Source: Bacteroidales bacterium (lineage in GTDB: Bacteria; Bacteroidota; Bacteroidia; Bacteroidales; UBA4181). Taken from it: a DNA stretch of 36,997 bases. Positions 1-9,018 of the stretch are shown here, in pieces (the stretch's first letter is position 1; each line of letters opens with the position of its first letter). The notes beneath the pieces are model-generated. The model searched no databases. It had not been told where the DNA came from and saw only the letters and a list, made by a program, of their open reading frames with translations. The translations under genes and the position numbers were made by a program. Location: positions 1-36,997 of the forward strand of contig JAISRX010000129.1 in the NCBI GenBank assembly GCA_031273395.1. Direction: 5' to 3'.

Positions 1-570
1 AAATTGTAAGGGTATAAAATTTCTCACGAACTGGTACGGCAGATATTGTCTTCTCAGGGTTACCACCTGCAAACCAACAGAAAAGTCTTTGAAGGGGGCG
101 AACACATTGACCGCGATGCGCAATTTGAACATATTAACCGTGCAGCAAAGTCATTTATTGCATTAAATCAACCTGTTATATCTGTCGGTTGCAAGAAAAA
201 AGAATTAATCGGCAATGATAAAAACAGCGGTCGGGAATGGCAGCCGGTAGGCAATCCGGTTAAAGTAAATGTCTGTGATTTTGTAGATAAAACAAATGGC
301 AAAGCATCGCCTTATGGTGTTTATGATATTGCAAACAATCAGGGATTTATAAGCGTTGGAATCAGCAGGGATACATCGGAATTTGCAGTTGCTGCCATTC
401 GCCGGTGGTGGAATGAGGAAGGGAAAAACCTGTTCTTGACAAAACATAATATGAAACAGGAATAATAGCGACGGGGAACCGGCAAAATGCAAGAGAATAA
501 GAAGTGGTTTTCATGGTGAGTGGAACTGTTGCATTCAACCTAATGGTTAGGTTTATTTATTGATGGCTCC
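1..570 (+). mobile_element. Degenerate ISAzo13-family IS copy (transposase pseudogene, left end outside window)
   Basis: Frame 1 reads ..ISHELVRQILSSQGYHLQTNRK..DRDAQFEHIN..VISVGCKKKELIGNDKNSGREWQP..PYGVYD..DTSEFAVAAIRRWW, the core I recognise from ISAzo13 (DDE_Tnp_ISAZ013) transposases. There is an in-frame stop at 7-9. After RWWNEEGKNL (about nt 435) the sequence jumps straight to the extreme C-terminus (GFHGEWNCCIQP*, nt ~507-550, other frame), so the central catalytic part is deleted. Confidence 0.7.
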
Positions 571-682
571 AAAATGATCAGCCGACAAATTTATATGCAG
601 CTACTCCCAGTCAGGGATAATTATTGACCGCGTTGTCATTTTCCGCCGTTTGACCGCAGAGGCGGCGCTGCCGGATACCCTC

Positions 683-1969
683 CTATTCAAACTTCTGCTT
701 GGCAAACCACAACTCTATCAGCGAAAGGTTTACCGAAAACAGCACGTAATTTTCGGTGATGCCTCCCCTGTGTCCTGTTCCCGATTGTCCTGCGTTTACC
801 GCCACGTTCACGTAGGAACGGGTTCTGGAAAACGGCAGTCCCAAGCCGAACGAAACGGAATAATCCTTCACGGGGTACCCGTTGATGGACAGGTAGGACT
901 CGCTGTAGCTAACCCCCGCCTGATAGCGGATCACCTGCAGGTAATTGCTCGGACGTCTGGAGTTTGGGACAAACTGCAAGCCGGCGTTGTACGTTTGGCT
1001 GTCGGAAAACACAAGTCCCCGCAGACGGTCGCTGTTAACCGACCAGTTTTGCCGGTAATAGTCGGCGGCAAACAGCCATTCATGGTCTTTCTTGTGCCTC
1101 CACACGGAAAATCCCACCCCGAACGATTCCGGAAGGTACATTCTTTTATCGGCAAGGGCTTCGTCCTTCCCCAGCACGTTGTAGTACGCAACGGTGCGGC
1201 GCCGGTAAAGGTCGAAATTCGATTTGTATCCGTACACGCCTCCCACCGTCAGCAGGGTATGTTTCTCTATCGGCAGGGAATACTGCGCGCCGAAATCAAG
1301 ATATAGCTTGTTGGCGGTCATTGTTTCCGTGATCAGGATCGACCTTGCCGTTTCGTTATGGGTGATGGTTCCGAAAAAATACGATGCGGTCAGTCCGAGG
1401 CTCAATCCCCGTACCACTTCCACCGCATTGCCCCAATATACTTTGTTGACCCCGCCTTCACCCGAAAACACCGTATTGAAGGTCTCCGGGGTACCTTCCA
1501 CCTGTTGCATTTGGGAAATACTGTATCCTACATTCGTGTACGGGCTTAGCCCCACGCCGGTAGTCCACCTTTTGGATATTCTGAACCCTGCGGACAGGTT
1601 TTTGAAGTTGAAATCCACCGCCTGCTTGTCCATAGCCGACGTTGAGAAAACGGAAGATTTTACTGCTGTCGATATGTCGAAAATAAACACCAGGGTATCT
1701 ATTCCGCTCAATCCTGCCGGATTGCGGCGGTTCAGGAAATTGACCGATTTCATCCCGATGCCGGCATTTCCGAACCCCGTGGTGGACCCGAAATCGCGGG
1801 ATTCTATTTCACCTATCCCGAAGATGGAAAGCGGCGAACTTGTACTGTTCTGGGCAAAAAGCGAAATGCCTGCTGCCAGAAGGACTGCCAACAGGATGGC
1901 GATCCTGCGGGATATGATATGGTGAACGATCATTGTCTGCTGTTGGGATTTAGGCTTTTTAATACTCAT
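683..1969 (-). CDS. Outer-membrane beta-barrel protein (FadL/TodX-like or porin-like; family uncertain)
   Basis: 428-aa ORF with a signal peptide (..RRIAILLAVLLAAGISLFAQ), then SPLSIFGIGE and alternating beta-strand-like sequence. Aromatic C-terminal residue (..KQKFE/WF). Alternative start is MIVHH at 1933. Overlaps the stop of the upstream lipoprotein gene. Confidence 0.6.
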   Translation of the reverse strand: MSIKKPKSQQQTMIVHHIISRRIAILLAVLLAAGISLFAQNSTSSPLSIFGIGEIESRDFGSTTGFGNAGIGMKSVNFLNRRNPAGLSGIDTLVFIFDISTAVKSSVFSTSAMDKQAVDFNFKNLSAGFRISKRWTTGVGLSPYTNVGYSISQMQQVEGTPETFNTVFSGEGGVNKVYWGNAVEVVRGLSLGLTASYFFGTITHNETARSILITETMTANKLYLDFGAQYSLPIEKHTLLTVGGVYGYKSNFDLYRRRTVAYYNVLGKDEALADKRMYLPESFGVGFSVWRHKKDHEWLFAADYYRQNWSVNSDRLRGLVFSDSQTYNAGLQFVPNSRRPSNYLQVIRYQAGVSYSESYLSINGYPVKDYSVSFGLGLPFSRTRSYVNVAVNAGQSGTGHRGGITENYVLFSVNLSLIELWFAKQKFE

Positions 1970-3347
1970 GATAAATGCTGTAGGTGACCTCTAACATGAT
2001 CTGGTTGTCTTTGCTCTGGGCGTCGCTCAGGCGGAAAAAATGCCTGTCGCCGAAAACAACCCGCTGGAATGGCGTGGATCCGCTTGTCGACGAAGGAATA
2101 TCAATGCTCAGGGCAATCTTGTCATAGCCCGTAGCATTGAGCTGCGACGAAATGAAACTGGTAATATCGTAATCGTAATAATACGTTTCATGCACGTTTT
2201 TGTCCTTGCCCGCCCCGTTCAGGTTGCCGTTTAACGGCGACGTTGAAGTGGACGTTTGAACGGACAGATAGTTGCCTCTCGTGTCATTGGCGGGATTGTG
2301 TTCATACAGGTACAGCTCCGGCGGCAGGGGAACCCGGTCATACGAATGACGGACGGGACGGACAATAAGCCGGGCTTTTTCTATCAGGATGATTTCTCCG
2401 TACACCAGCAGCCCGCTCAACGTGGGAAAATCCATACGGGTGTACAGGGGAATGGCTCCGGTCGTCACAAAGCCCATGTTGCCCGTCTGCCCGGTCGGTA
2501 CGGGGTCTTCCTTCGATGATTCGGGCAATTTGGGATTGAAATTCGACATCTTGAAATGATTGAATTGCTTTGCGGAATTAGCTTTGAAAGTCATGGTTTT
2601 GCGTTCCACATCCGCAGAGCCGGTAATCCTGTAGTAAATACGGATCATGCAGGTGCTGTCGGTGACGGAAAAACCGTAAATGCACGAATCGCTCCCCACA
2701 GACTCAATTGCCAGTCCGGGAAAGGTTTTCAGATAGTTATCCGCGTTCCATTCCGTTTCGTTCTTGAAGACGCCCTGAAACATCTTCTCGCCTAACTCCC
2801 TCGGCAATGTCACTTCCACTTCCTTTTGCGAAGGTCCTCTCATGTTCAGCCGCACTTCCTCTACCAAAGAAGCGCTTTCAACAGGGGCGGAAGAGGTGGA
2901 ATACCGGTAACCGTCGTCGTTCATTTCAATCGGTATTTTCAACTTGGATATTTTTATACCGAACGGTTGCAGGGTATCGCCGTAGTAGCTTCCGGAGGGG
3001 CGCAACACCAGCGTGACGGAATCGAAGCGCGGATATTCGTTGCTTTCGCTGTCGGCGGTTCGGGTAAATTCAATAAAGCTTTTGGCTTCCGACTCGCCTG
3101 TCAACGGATCATTAAACTTCCCGACAAATAATGCGCCGGTGTTGGAGGTAACCGTGGAATCCTTGGCAAGCACGGACAACCTGACGGACAATGTATCCAC
3201 GAAAACAGTGCGCGTGCTGGTTTCCACCAGATAGTTGCCCATCGTGGAATCGTCGCTGCTGCACGAGGAAAACAGGAAAAAGACGCCCAGCGCGCCTGCG
3301 CCGGCAAGTCTCCATATCCTGCCTGTCATTTTATATTGGATTTGCAT
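1959..3347 (-). CDS. DUF4270-like lipoprotein
   Basis: 462-aa ORF. Lipoprotein signal ..GALGVFFLFSSC followed by SSDDS. N-terminal MGNYLVETSTRTVFVDTLSV.. resembles the Bacteroidetes DUF4270 family as I remember it. Alternative start is MTGRIW at 3329. Confidence 0.6.
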   Translation of the reverse strand: MQIQYKMTGRIWRLAGAGALGVFFLFSSCSSDDSTMGNYLVETSTRTVFVDTLSVRLSVLAKDSTVTSNTGALFVGKFNDPLTGESEAKSFIEFTRTADSESNEYPRFDSVTLVLRPSGSYYGDTLQPFGIKISKLKIPIEMNDDGYRYSTSSAPVESASLVEEVRLNMRGPSQKEVEVTLPRELGEKMFQGVFKNETEWNADNYLKTFPGLAIESVGSDSCIYGFSVTDSTCMIRIYYRITGSADVERKTMTFKANSAKQFNHFKMSNFNPKLPESSKEDPVPTGQTGNMGFVTTGAIPLYTRMDFPTLSGLLVYGEIILIEKARLIVRPVRHSYDRVPLPPELYLYEHNPANDTRGNYLSVQTSTSTSPLNGNLNGAGKDKNVHETYYYDYDITSFISSQLNATGYDKIALSIDIPSSTSGSTPFQRVVFGDRHFFRLSDAQSKDNQIMLEVTYSIYHEY

Positions 3348-3430
3348 GTTTATTTAACTTCTTATGATACTGTGGTGTATAATACGCCTGCGACAACTTT
3401 GTTTTGCCCGATGCGATCATAAACGCCGGA

Positions 3431-3446
3431 CAAAATTACAAAAATA
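3431..3446 (-). promoter_or_regulatory. Candidate Bacteroidetes -7 boxes (two overlapping TAnnTTTG) for the minus-strand lipoprotein/OMP pair
   Basis: The reverse complement of caaaatta (3431-3438) is TAATTTTG and of caaaaata (3439-3446) is TATTTTTG. They lie 85-100 nt upstream of the start codon. Motif only. Confidence 0.35.
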
Positions 3447-3477
3447 TTGTGACTTTAAGGAAAAACAAAAAAAACTT

Positions 3478-3485
3478 TATCTTTG
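3478..3485 (+). promoter_or_regulatory. Candidate -7 box TATCTTTG for the PBP1A gene
   Basis: Exact TAnnTTTG match 22 nt upstream of ATG 3507. Confidence 0.45.
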
Positions 3486-3506
3486 CAGGGTAAAAAAAAT
3501 ACCATT

Positions 3507-5855
3507 ATGAACATCCGAAAGAAGATAGTTATTGCGTTCTGGGGAAGCGTTGCGGCAGTGTTTGCCTTTGTGGTGCTGCTGTTTGTGCTGATCATTTACG
3601 GACAGTTCGGATTTATGCCCACTTTCGAATATCTGGAAAATCCCCGAACCAGCATCGCCACCGAGGTTTATTCGTCCGACGGGGTGGTGCTGACCACCTT
3701 TTACATGGACGAAAACAACAGAAATCCCGTGTCGTACAAGGATCTTCCTCCGCATCTGGTGCATGCGCTCATTGCACGCGAAGATCATCGTTTCGCCGGT
3801 CATTCGGGGATCGACGGGATAGGACTGATCCGGGTAGGGGTAAAAACCGTCCTGTTGCGGCGGTCGGGAGAAGGCGGCGGAAGCACCATTACCCAGCAAC
3901 TTGCCAAACAGCTTTTCAAGCGGGATACCACTCAATACCGGTGGGGCATTGTGCGAAAAGCGCATATTGCCACCATCAAATTCAGGGAATGGGTCATCGC
4001 CACGCGCCTCGAAAAACAGTACACCAAACAGGAAATCGTTACCATGTACCTGAACATAGTGCCTTTCGGGTACCACACCGCCGGCATTAAGTCAGCCGCG
4101 CGCACCTATTTCAAGAAAAGCGTCGATTCCCTGAAAATTGAGGAAGCCGCCATGCTGGTGGGCATGTTGCCGGGACCGAGCCATTACAATCCTGTCAAAT
4201 ATCCGGACCGGGTGACCGCCCGCCGGAACAGCGTCCTGTCGAAAATGAAGGAACACCGCTACCTGAGCGCAACCGAGGCAGACTCGCTGAAGCAACTGCC
4301 GTTGCTGCTCGACTTTGAACGGCTCGACCACCACACGGGAAGCGCCACCTATTTCAGGGAATACCTGAGGCTGACCATGACCAAAAAAAAACCGGAACGG
4401 AAACGTTATCAAAATCAGGAGTCCTTTCGGGAAGATTCCATACAGTGGGTGGAAAATCCCCTGTTCGGATGGTGCAACAAGAACCTCCAGCCCGACCGTA
4501 CGCCGTATAACCTGTACACCGACGGTCTGAAAATTTATACTACCATCGACTCGCGAATGCAGCGGCATGCCGAGGAAGCCGTCAAACAACACCTGAAAGA
4601 ATCCTTGCAGCCGGATTTTTACAGGGAAAAAAAGGGACAGAAAAAAGCGCCGTTTTCCGGTGAAGTGACCGACGAGCAGATCAACATGATCATGCTGAAC
4701 GCCATGCGCCAGACGGAACGCTACCGTACATTGCGCAAGCGCGGATGGTCGCAGGACAATATCGTCAAAAACTTCAAAACGCCCTGCGAGATGACCGTTT
4801 TTTCATGGAAAGGAGACATAGACACGCTCATGAGCCCGTGGGACTCCATTCGCTGGCACAAAAGTATCCTGAGAGCCAGTATGATGGCGATGAACCCGCA
4901 TACGGGAGAAGTGAAGGCATACGTGGGTGGTATCGACTACCGGCATTTCAAATGGGATGGGGTAAAAGTGCAGAAGCGTCAGGTCGGTTCTACCTTCAAA
5001 CCCTTCCTCTACACGCTGATCATGCAGGAAAAACCGGAATTAACCCCATGCTACAGGGTGCTGAACGTGGAACAGTCTTTTATAGTCGGCGACAGCACGT
5101 GGAAACCGAGAAGCTCCGGACGGAAGGAACATCTTTATCAGCCGGTGACGCTGAAATGGGGACTGGCTACCTCCGAAAACAATATCACGGCGTGGGTGTT
5201 GAAACAGGTTTCCGAGCAGGCGGTAGTGGATATGGCGCATAAAATGGGCGTCACCAGCCGGATTGACCCTGTGCCTTCCATCGTTCTGGGAACACCCGAA
5301 ATCACTCTTGCCGAGATGGTGGCTGCCTTCTCGATATTCCCCAACAAGGGCATGTATTCCACGCCGATATATGTCACCCGCATCGAAGGCAGGAACGGCA
5401 ATCAAATAGGCGCCCGTTTCCACTCCTACAAGGAAGAAACCATCAGCGCCCATACGGCTTATAAAATGGTGAACCTGCTGGAAGGCGTGGTAAGAGGCGG
5501 AACGGCGTCCCGGCTGCGCTATGCCTACAAGCTCATGAACGACATGGGCGGGAAAACCGGTACTACGCAAAACCATTCCGACGGGTGGTACATCGGGATC
5601 ACGCCCGATTTGACGGCAGGCGTATGGGTGGGCGGGGAAGACCGCTCCGTCCATTTCGACAACATGCGTCTGGGACAGGGGTCAGCCATGGCGTTGCCCA
5701 TCTACGGGCTGTTCATGCAAAAGGTATATGCCGACAAAAACATTGCCCTGACGCAAGGACCGTTCGAACGCCCGGACGGATTCAACGTAAATATGGATTG
5801 TGCGGTAGAAAGCGAGTTCGGAGGAGATGTGGTTTACGACGAATACTCTAACTGA
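3507..5855 (+). CDS. mrcA: Penicillin-binding protein 1A (bifunctional transglycosylase/transpeptidase)
   Basis: N-terminal TM helix. GT51 motifs AREDHRF and GGSTITQQLAK. Transpeptidase motifs STFKP (SxxK) and KTGTT. ATG 3507 (MNIRKK..) is preferred to the TTG at 3483 used by the ORF track. Confidence 0.92.
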   Translation: MNIRKKIVIAFWGSVAAVFAFVVLLFVLIIYGQFGFMPTFEYLENPRTSIATEVYSSDGVVLTTFYMDENNRNPVSYKDLPPHLVHALIAREDHRFAGHSGIDGIGLIRVGVKTVLLRRSGEGGGSTITQQLAKQLFKRDTTQYRWGIVRKAHIATIKFREWVIATRLEKQYTKQEIVTMYLNIVPFGYHTAGIKSAARTYFKKSVDSLKIEEAAMLVGMLPGPSHYNPVKYPDRVTARRNSVLSKMKEHRYLSATEADSLKQLPLLLDFERLDHHTGSATYFREYLRLTMTKKKPERKRYQNQESFREDSIQWVENPLFGWCNKNLQPDRTPYNLYTDGLKIYTTIDSRMQRHAEEAVKQHLKESLQPDFYREKKGQKKAPFSGEVTDEQINMIMLNAMRQTERYRTLRKRGWSQDNIVKNFKTPCEMTVFSWKGDIDTLMSPWDSIRWHKSILRASMMAMNPHTGEVKAYVGGIDYRHFKWDGVKVQKRQVGSTFKPFLYTLIMQEKPELTPCYRVLNVEQSFIVGDSTWKPRSSGRKEHLYQPVTLKWGLATSENNITAWVLKQVSEQAVVDMAHKMGVTSRIDPVPSIVLGTPEITLAEMVAAFSIFPNKGMYSTPIYVTRIEGRNGNQIGARFHSYKEETISAHTAYKMVNLLEGVVRGGTASRLRYAYKLMNDMGGKTGTTQNHSDGWYIGITPDLTAGVWVGGEDRSVHFDNMRLGQGSAMALPIYGLFMQKVYADKNIALTQGPFERPDGFNVNMDCAVESEFGGDVVYDEYSN

Positions 5856-5898
5856 GAACTGCCGGAAAAATAAAGACTGTCGCCGTCACAATGCAGGT

Positions 5899-5920
5899 CA
5901 TGCGATTTTTATTTCGCATG
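5899..5920 (+). terminator. Hairpin downstream of PBP1A (possible terminator)
   Basis: catgcga (5899-5905) pairs with tcgcatg (5914-5920) around an 8-nt T-rich loop. No U-tract follows. Confidence 0.35.
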
Positions 5921-6040
5921 AGAATAAACAGATATAATCCCGTGCGGGACTACATGCCGGTAGAAGAACCGCTGTGATCGGCAAAGAAAATCCCGCAGGG
6001 ACGGGTACATTTTCTGCCGGCATATTACCATTTGGTATGA

Positions 6041-6102
6041 ATAGTACCTCAAAAAATCTCAAATTTCAGCAGATGGACGGATAATTACCTTTGATATAAT
6101 CA
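6041..6102. repeat. Partial third copy of the sequence that forms/adjoins the 15.6-kb and 18.3-kb inverted repeats
   Basis: atagtacctcaaaaaa (6041-6056) is an exact reverse complement of 15743-15758. ttgatataatca (6091-6102) recurs at 18309-18320 and, reverse-complemented, at about 15713-15724. Spacing differs between the copies. Confidence 0.4.
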
Positions 6103-6320
6103 ATTGTAAGAAATCTATGAATCACCGTTTGTTGATCTATATATTAATGTATAGAGCGCTGTGAAAATTTTTCCCATCATGCGCTTAATATCCACAAACT
6201 ATTTTTTATTTTTATCGGTTAAAGTAATGATAATCAGTTATTTTTTTGATTATTGACATGCAAATTAGCTTAATTCTTAAAAAAAAATTACAGAAATATT
6301 TTTTTTTGTAAAAAAAGTCG

Positions 6321-6328
6321 TACCTTTG
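6321..6328 (+). promoter_or_regulatory. Candidate -7 box TACCTTTG driving rpsH and downstream genes
   Basis: Exact TAnnTTTG match inside the A+T-rich spacer, 134 nt upstream of the rpsH ATG. No well-spaced -33 TTTG. Confidence 0.4.
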
Positions 6329-6461
6329 CAGACCCAAATTTTAAAATAATTTGAAATATTAAGCAAGTAGAAATTCGGATAGAACAAATTTAGATTTAGT
6401 GTATCTATTAGGATATCGATTTTTTATTAATTTATAAAACAAATCATCAAAACCAGTAAAA

Positions 6462-6866
6462 ATGACTGATCCGATAGCAGATTTGTTAACCCGTATTCGA
6501 AATGGCATCATGGCTCGGCACAGAGTAGTAGATTGTCCGGCATCGAATATCAAGAAGAACATCGTCAAGATATTGTTCGAAAAGGGTTACATTCTCAATT
6601 ACAAGTTCGAAGAGGCGGGCGAAAACAGTCCGCAGGGAAACATCAAGATAGCCTTGAAGTATAATCCCGAAACAAAGTTGCCTGCCATCAAGTCGATTCA
6701 GCGTGTGAGCCGCCCCGGGTTGCGCAAGTATGTGAACCACGACAAACTTCCCCGTGTACTGAACGGTTTGGGAATTGCCGTCATTTCCACCTCTCAGGGG
6801 GTGATGACCGACAAAGAAGCCCGCCTGAAAAATATTGGCGGCGAAGTAATATGTTACGTTTATTAA
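6462..6866 (+). CDS. rpsH: 30S ribosomal protein S8
   Basis: [15 protein letters not shown].., 134 aa, followed by rplF. Confidence 0.97.
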   Translation: MTDPIADLLTRIRNGIMARHRVVDCPASNIKKNIVKILFEKGYILNYKFEEAGENSPQGNIKIALKYNPETKLPAIKSIQRVSRPGLRKYVNHDKLPRVLNGLGIAVISTSQGVMTDKEARLKNIGGEVICYVY

Positions 6867-6880
6867 ACGAGGAGGAACCC

Positions 6881-7438
6881 ATGTCAAGAATAGGAAAATT
6901 ACCCATTGTATTACCGGATAAAGTAACGGTTACCATTCAGCCGGACAACACCATTGTGGTGAAAGGACCGCTTGGCGAATTGAGCCAAAAAGTGGACGCC
7001 GATATTAACGTGAAAATAGAAAACAACCAGATACTGGTGAGCCGGCCTACCGACCAGCGGCGTCACCGCTCGCTGCACGGTTTGTACCGCGCTTTGCTGA
7101 ACAACATGGTCACCGGCGTGTCGCAGGGATTTACCATCCGGCAGGAGTTGGTGGGAGTGGGCTACAGAGCCGAAGCCAAAGGGCAGATACTCGAAATGAG
7201 CCTTGGTTATTCTCACGACATCATGATTGCATTGCCTAAGGAAATCAAGGTGACTACCGTTACCGAGAAGCGTGCCAATCCCATCATTACCCTGCAAAGC
7301 ATCGACAAGCAGTTGCTGGGGCAGGTGGCGGCAAAAATCCGCTCGTTGCGCGCACCGGAACCTTATAAAGGTAAAGGTATCAAGTTCGTAGGCGAACAGT
7401 TAAGAAGAAAAGCCGGTAAATCGGCAAGTGCTAAATAA
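6881..7438 (+). CDS. rplF: 50S ribosomal protein L6
   Basis: MSRIGKLPIVLPDKV.. starting at ATG 6881; the ORF-track start at 6851 overlaps rpsH. Confidence 0.96.
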   Translation: MSRIGKLPIVLPDKVTVTIQPDNTIVVKGPLGELSQKVDADINVKIENNQILVSRPTDQRRHRSLHGLYRALLNNMVTGVSQGFTIRQELVGVGYRAEAKGQILEMSLGYSHDIMIALPKEIKVTTVTEKRANPIITLQSIDKQLLGQVAAKIRSLRAPEPYKGKGIKFVGEQLRRKAGKSASAK

Positions 7439-7469
7439 TAATTGAACGAAAGCATTAAAGAGCATAAAA

Positions 7470-7826
7470 ATGGCATTAACAAAAATAGAAAGACGGGAAC
7501 GCATCAAGAAGAGAATCCGCAAGGTGGTTTCCGGAACGGCTGACAAGCCGCGCATGTCAGTCTTTCGCAGTAATAATCAGATATATGTGCAGCTCATTGA
7601 CGATGTTGCGGGCATTACTTTGTTGAGCGCTTCGTCACGTTGCAAGGAAGTTGCAGGGCATCAGGGAAACAAAACCGAACAGGCAAAGCTGGTGGGAAAG
7701 CTGGTAGCAGAACGTTCTCTTGCAAAAGGAATTGCTCAGGTGGTATTCGACCGCAACGGTTATCTGTATCATGGAAGAGTTAAATCGTTAGCCGACGCAG
7801 CGCGGGAAGGCGGACTTAAATTTTAA
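7470..7826 (+). CDS. rplR: 50S ribosomal protein L18
   Basis: ..[20 protein letters not shown].. and ..[28 protein letters not shown], 118 aa. Confidence 0.96.
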   Translation: MALTKIERRERIKKRIRKVVSGTADKPRMSVFRSNNQIYVQLIDDVAGITLLSASSRCKEVAGHQGNKTEQAKLVGKLVAERSLAKGIAQVVFDRNGYLYHGRVKSLADAAREGGLKF

Positions 7827-7834
7827 AAAGATAT

Positions 7835-8350
7835 ATGTCAACAAGTATTCGTAAAGTAAAAACGGCCGATTTGGAATTGAAAGACAGGTTGGTCAGCATC
7901 CAGCGGGTTACCAAGGTAACCAAGGGAGGACGTACATTCAGTTTCTCTGCGATTGTTGTCGTAGGAAACGAAAACGGGATAGTGGGTTACGGACTGGGAA
8001 AATCCAACGAAGTGACTTCCGCTATTGCCAAAGGTGTTGAAGACGCGAAGAAAAACCTGATCAAGGTTCCGATTCTGAACAAAACTCTGCCTCACGAACA
8101 GATTGCCCGCTACGGTGGAGCCACCGTATTCATGAAGCCGGCGTCGCCGGGAACGGGCGTTAAGGCAGGGGGCGCCATGCGTGCGGTACTTGAAAGCGTG
8201 GGCGTACACGACGTACTTGCCAAATCGAAAGGTTCATCCAACCCGCACAATTTGGTAAAAGCCACTTTCGAAGCGCTCATGCAGCTTCGCGATGCACGTA
8301 CCATTGCCCAGCAACGGGGTATTTCTATAAGTCAAGTGTTTAACGGTTAA
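7835..8350 (+). CDS. rpsE: 30S ribosomal protein S5
   Basis: ..[37 protein letters not shown].., 171 aa. Confidence 0.96.
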   Translation: MSTSIRKVKTADLELKDRLVSIQRVTKVTKGGRTFSFSAIVVVGNENGIVGYGLGKSNEVTSAIAKGVEDAKKNLIKVPILNKTLPHEQIARYGGATVFMKPASPGTGVKAGGAMRAVLESVGVHDVLAKSKGSSNPHNLVKATFEALMQLRDARTIAQQRGISISQVFNG

Positions 8351-8361
8351 TTATCAACGAA

Positions 8362-8538
8362 ATGGCAAAAATTCGCATCACATTGAAAAGGAGCGTTATT
8401 CACGCAAGCAAACGTCAGGTGGCTACCGTCAGAGCTTTGGGATTAGGAAAGGTAAACTCGTCGGTGGAACACGAAGATACCCCGCAGATTTTAGGAATGG
8501 CGGCAAAAGTGAACCATTTGGTAAGTGTTGAAAAATAG
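8362..8538 (+). CDS. rpmD: 50S ribosomal protein L30
   Basis: Hand-translated 58-aa ORF, below the ORF-track cutoff: MAKIRITLKRSVIHASKRQVATVRALGLGKVNSSVEHEDTPQILGMAAKVNHLVSVEK*. It sits in the canonical slot between rpsE and rplO. Confidence 0.9.
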   Translation: MAKIRITLKRSVIHASKRQVATVRALGLGKVNSSVEHEDTPQILGMAAKVNHLVSVEK

Positions 8539-8563
8539 CATCAACTTAATAATCATCAAATCA

Positions 8564-9013
8564 ATGAATTTAAGTAATCTGAAACCGGCAAAAGGGTCGG
8601 TGAAATCACAAGGAAAACGGCTTGGACGCGGACAGGGAAGCGGCAAAGGCGGAACTTCCACGAAAGGACACAAAGGGCAAAAAGCTATTTCCGGTTATTC
8701 GCGGAAAATCGGCTTTGAAGGAGGTCAGATGCCGCTACAGCGCCGTTTGCCCAAATTCGGTTTCAAAAATCCCTTCCGCAAGGAATATAAAGCCATCAAT
8801 CTGGATGTGCTGGAAGCCTTTGCAGAAAAAACAGGCAGCGTATCCATCGACGTCGATACCTTAATCAAAGCCGGATTAGCGCCAAAGAACAGTCTGGTGA
8901 AAATATTGGGAAACGGCTCGTTGACAAAAAAACTGGAAGTTAAGGCGCATAAATTTTCCAATGCCGCCAAAACCGCCATCGAAGCATTGGAAGGAACAGC
9001 CGTAACATTGTAA
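8564..9013 (+). CDS. rplO: 50S ribosomal protein L15
   Basis: MNLSNLKPAKGSVKSQGKRLGRGQGSGKGGTSTKGHKGQK.. from ATG 8564; the ORF-track start at 8525 overlaps rpmD. Confidence 0.95.
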   Translation: MNLSNLKPAKGSVKSQGKRLGRGQGSGKGGTSTKGHKGQKAISGYSRKIGFEGGQMPLQRRLPKFGFKNPFRKEYKAINLDVLEAFAEKTGSVSIDVDTLIKAGLAPKNSLVKILGNGSLTKKLEVKAHKFSNAAKTAIEALEGTAVTL

Positions 9014-9018
9014 ACAGC

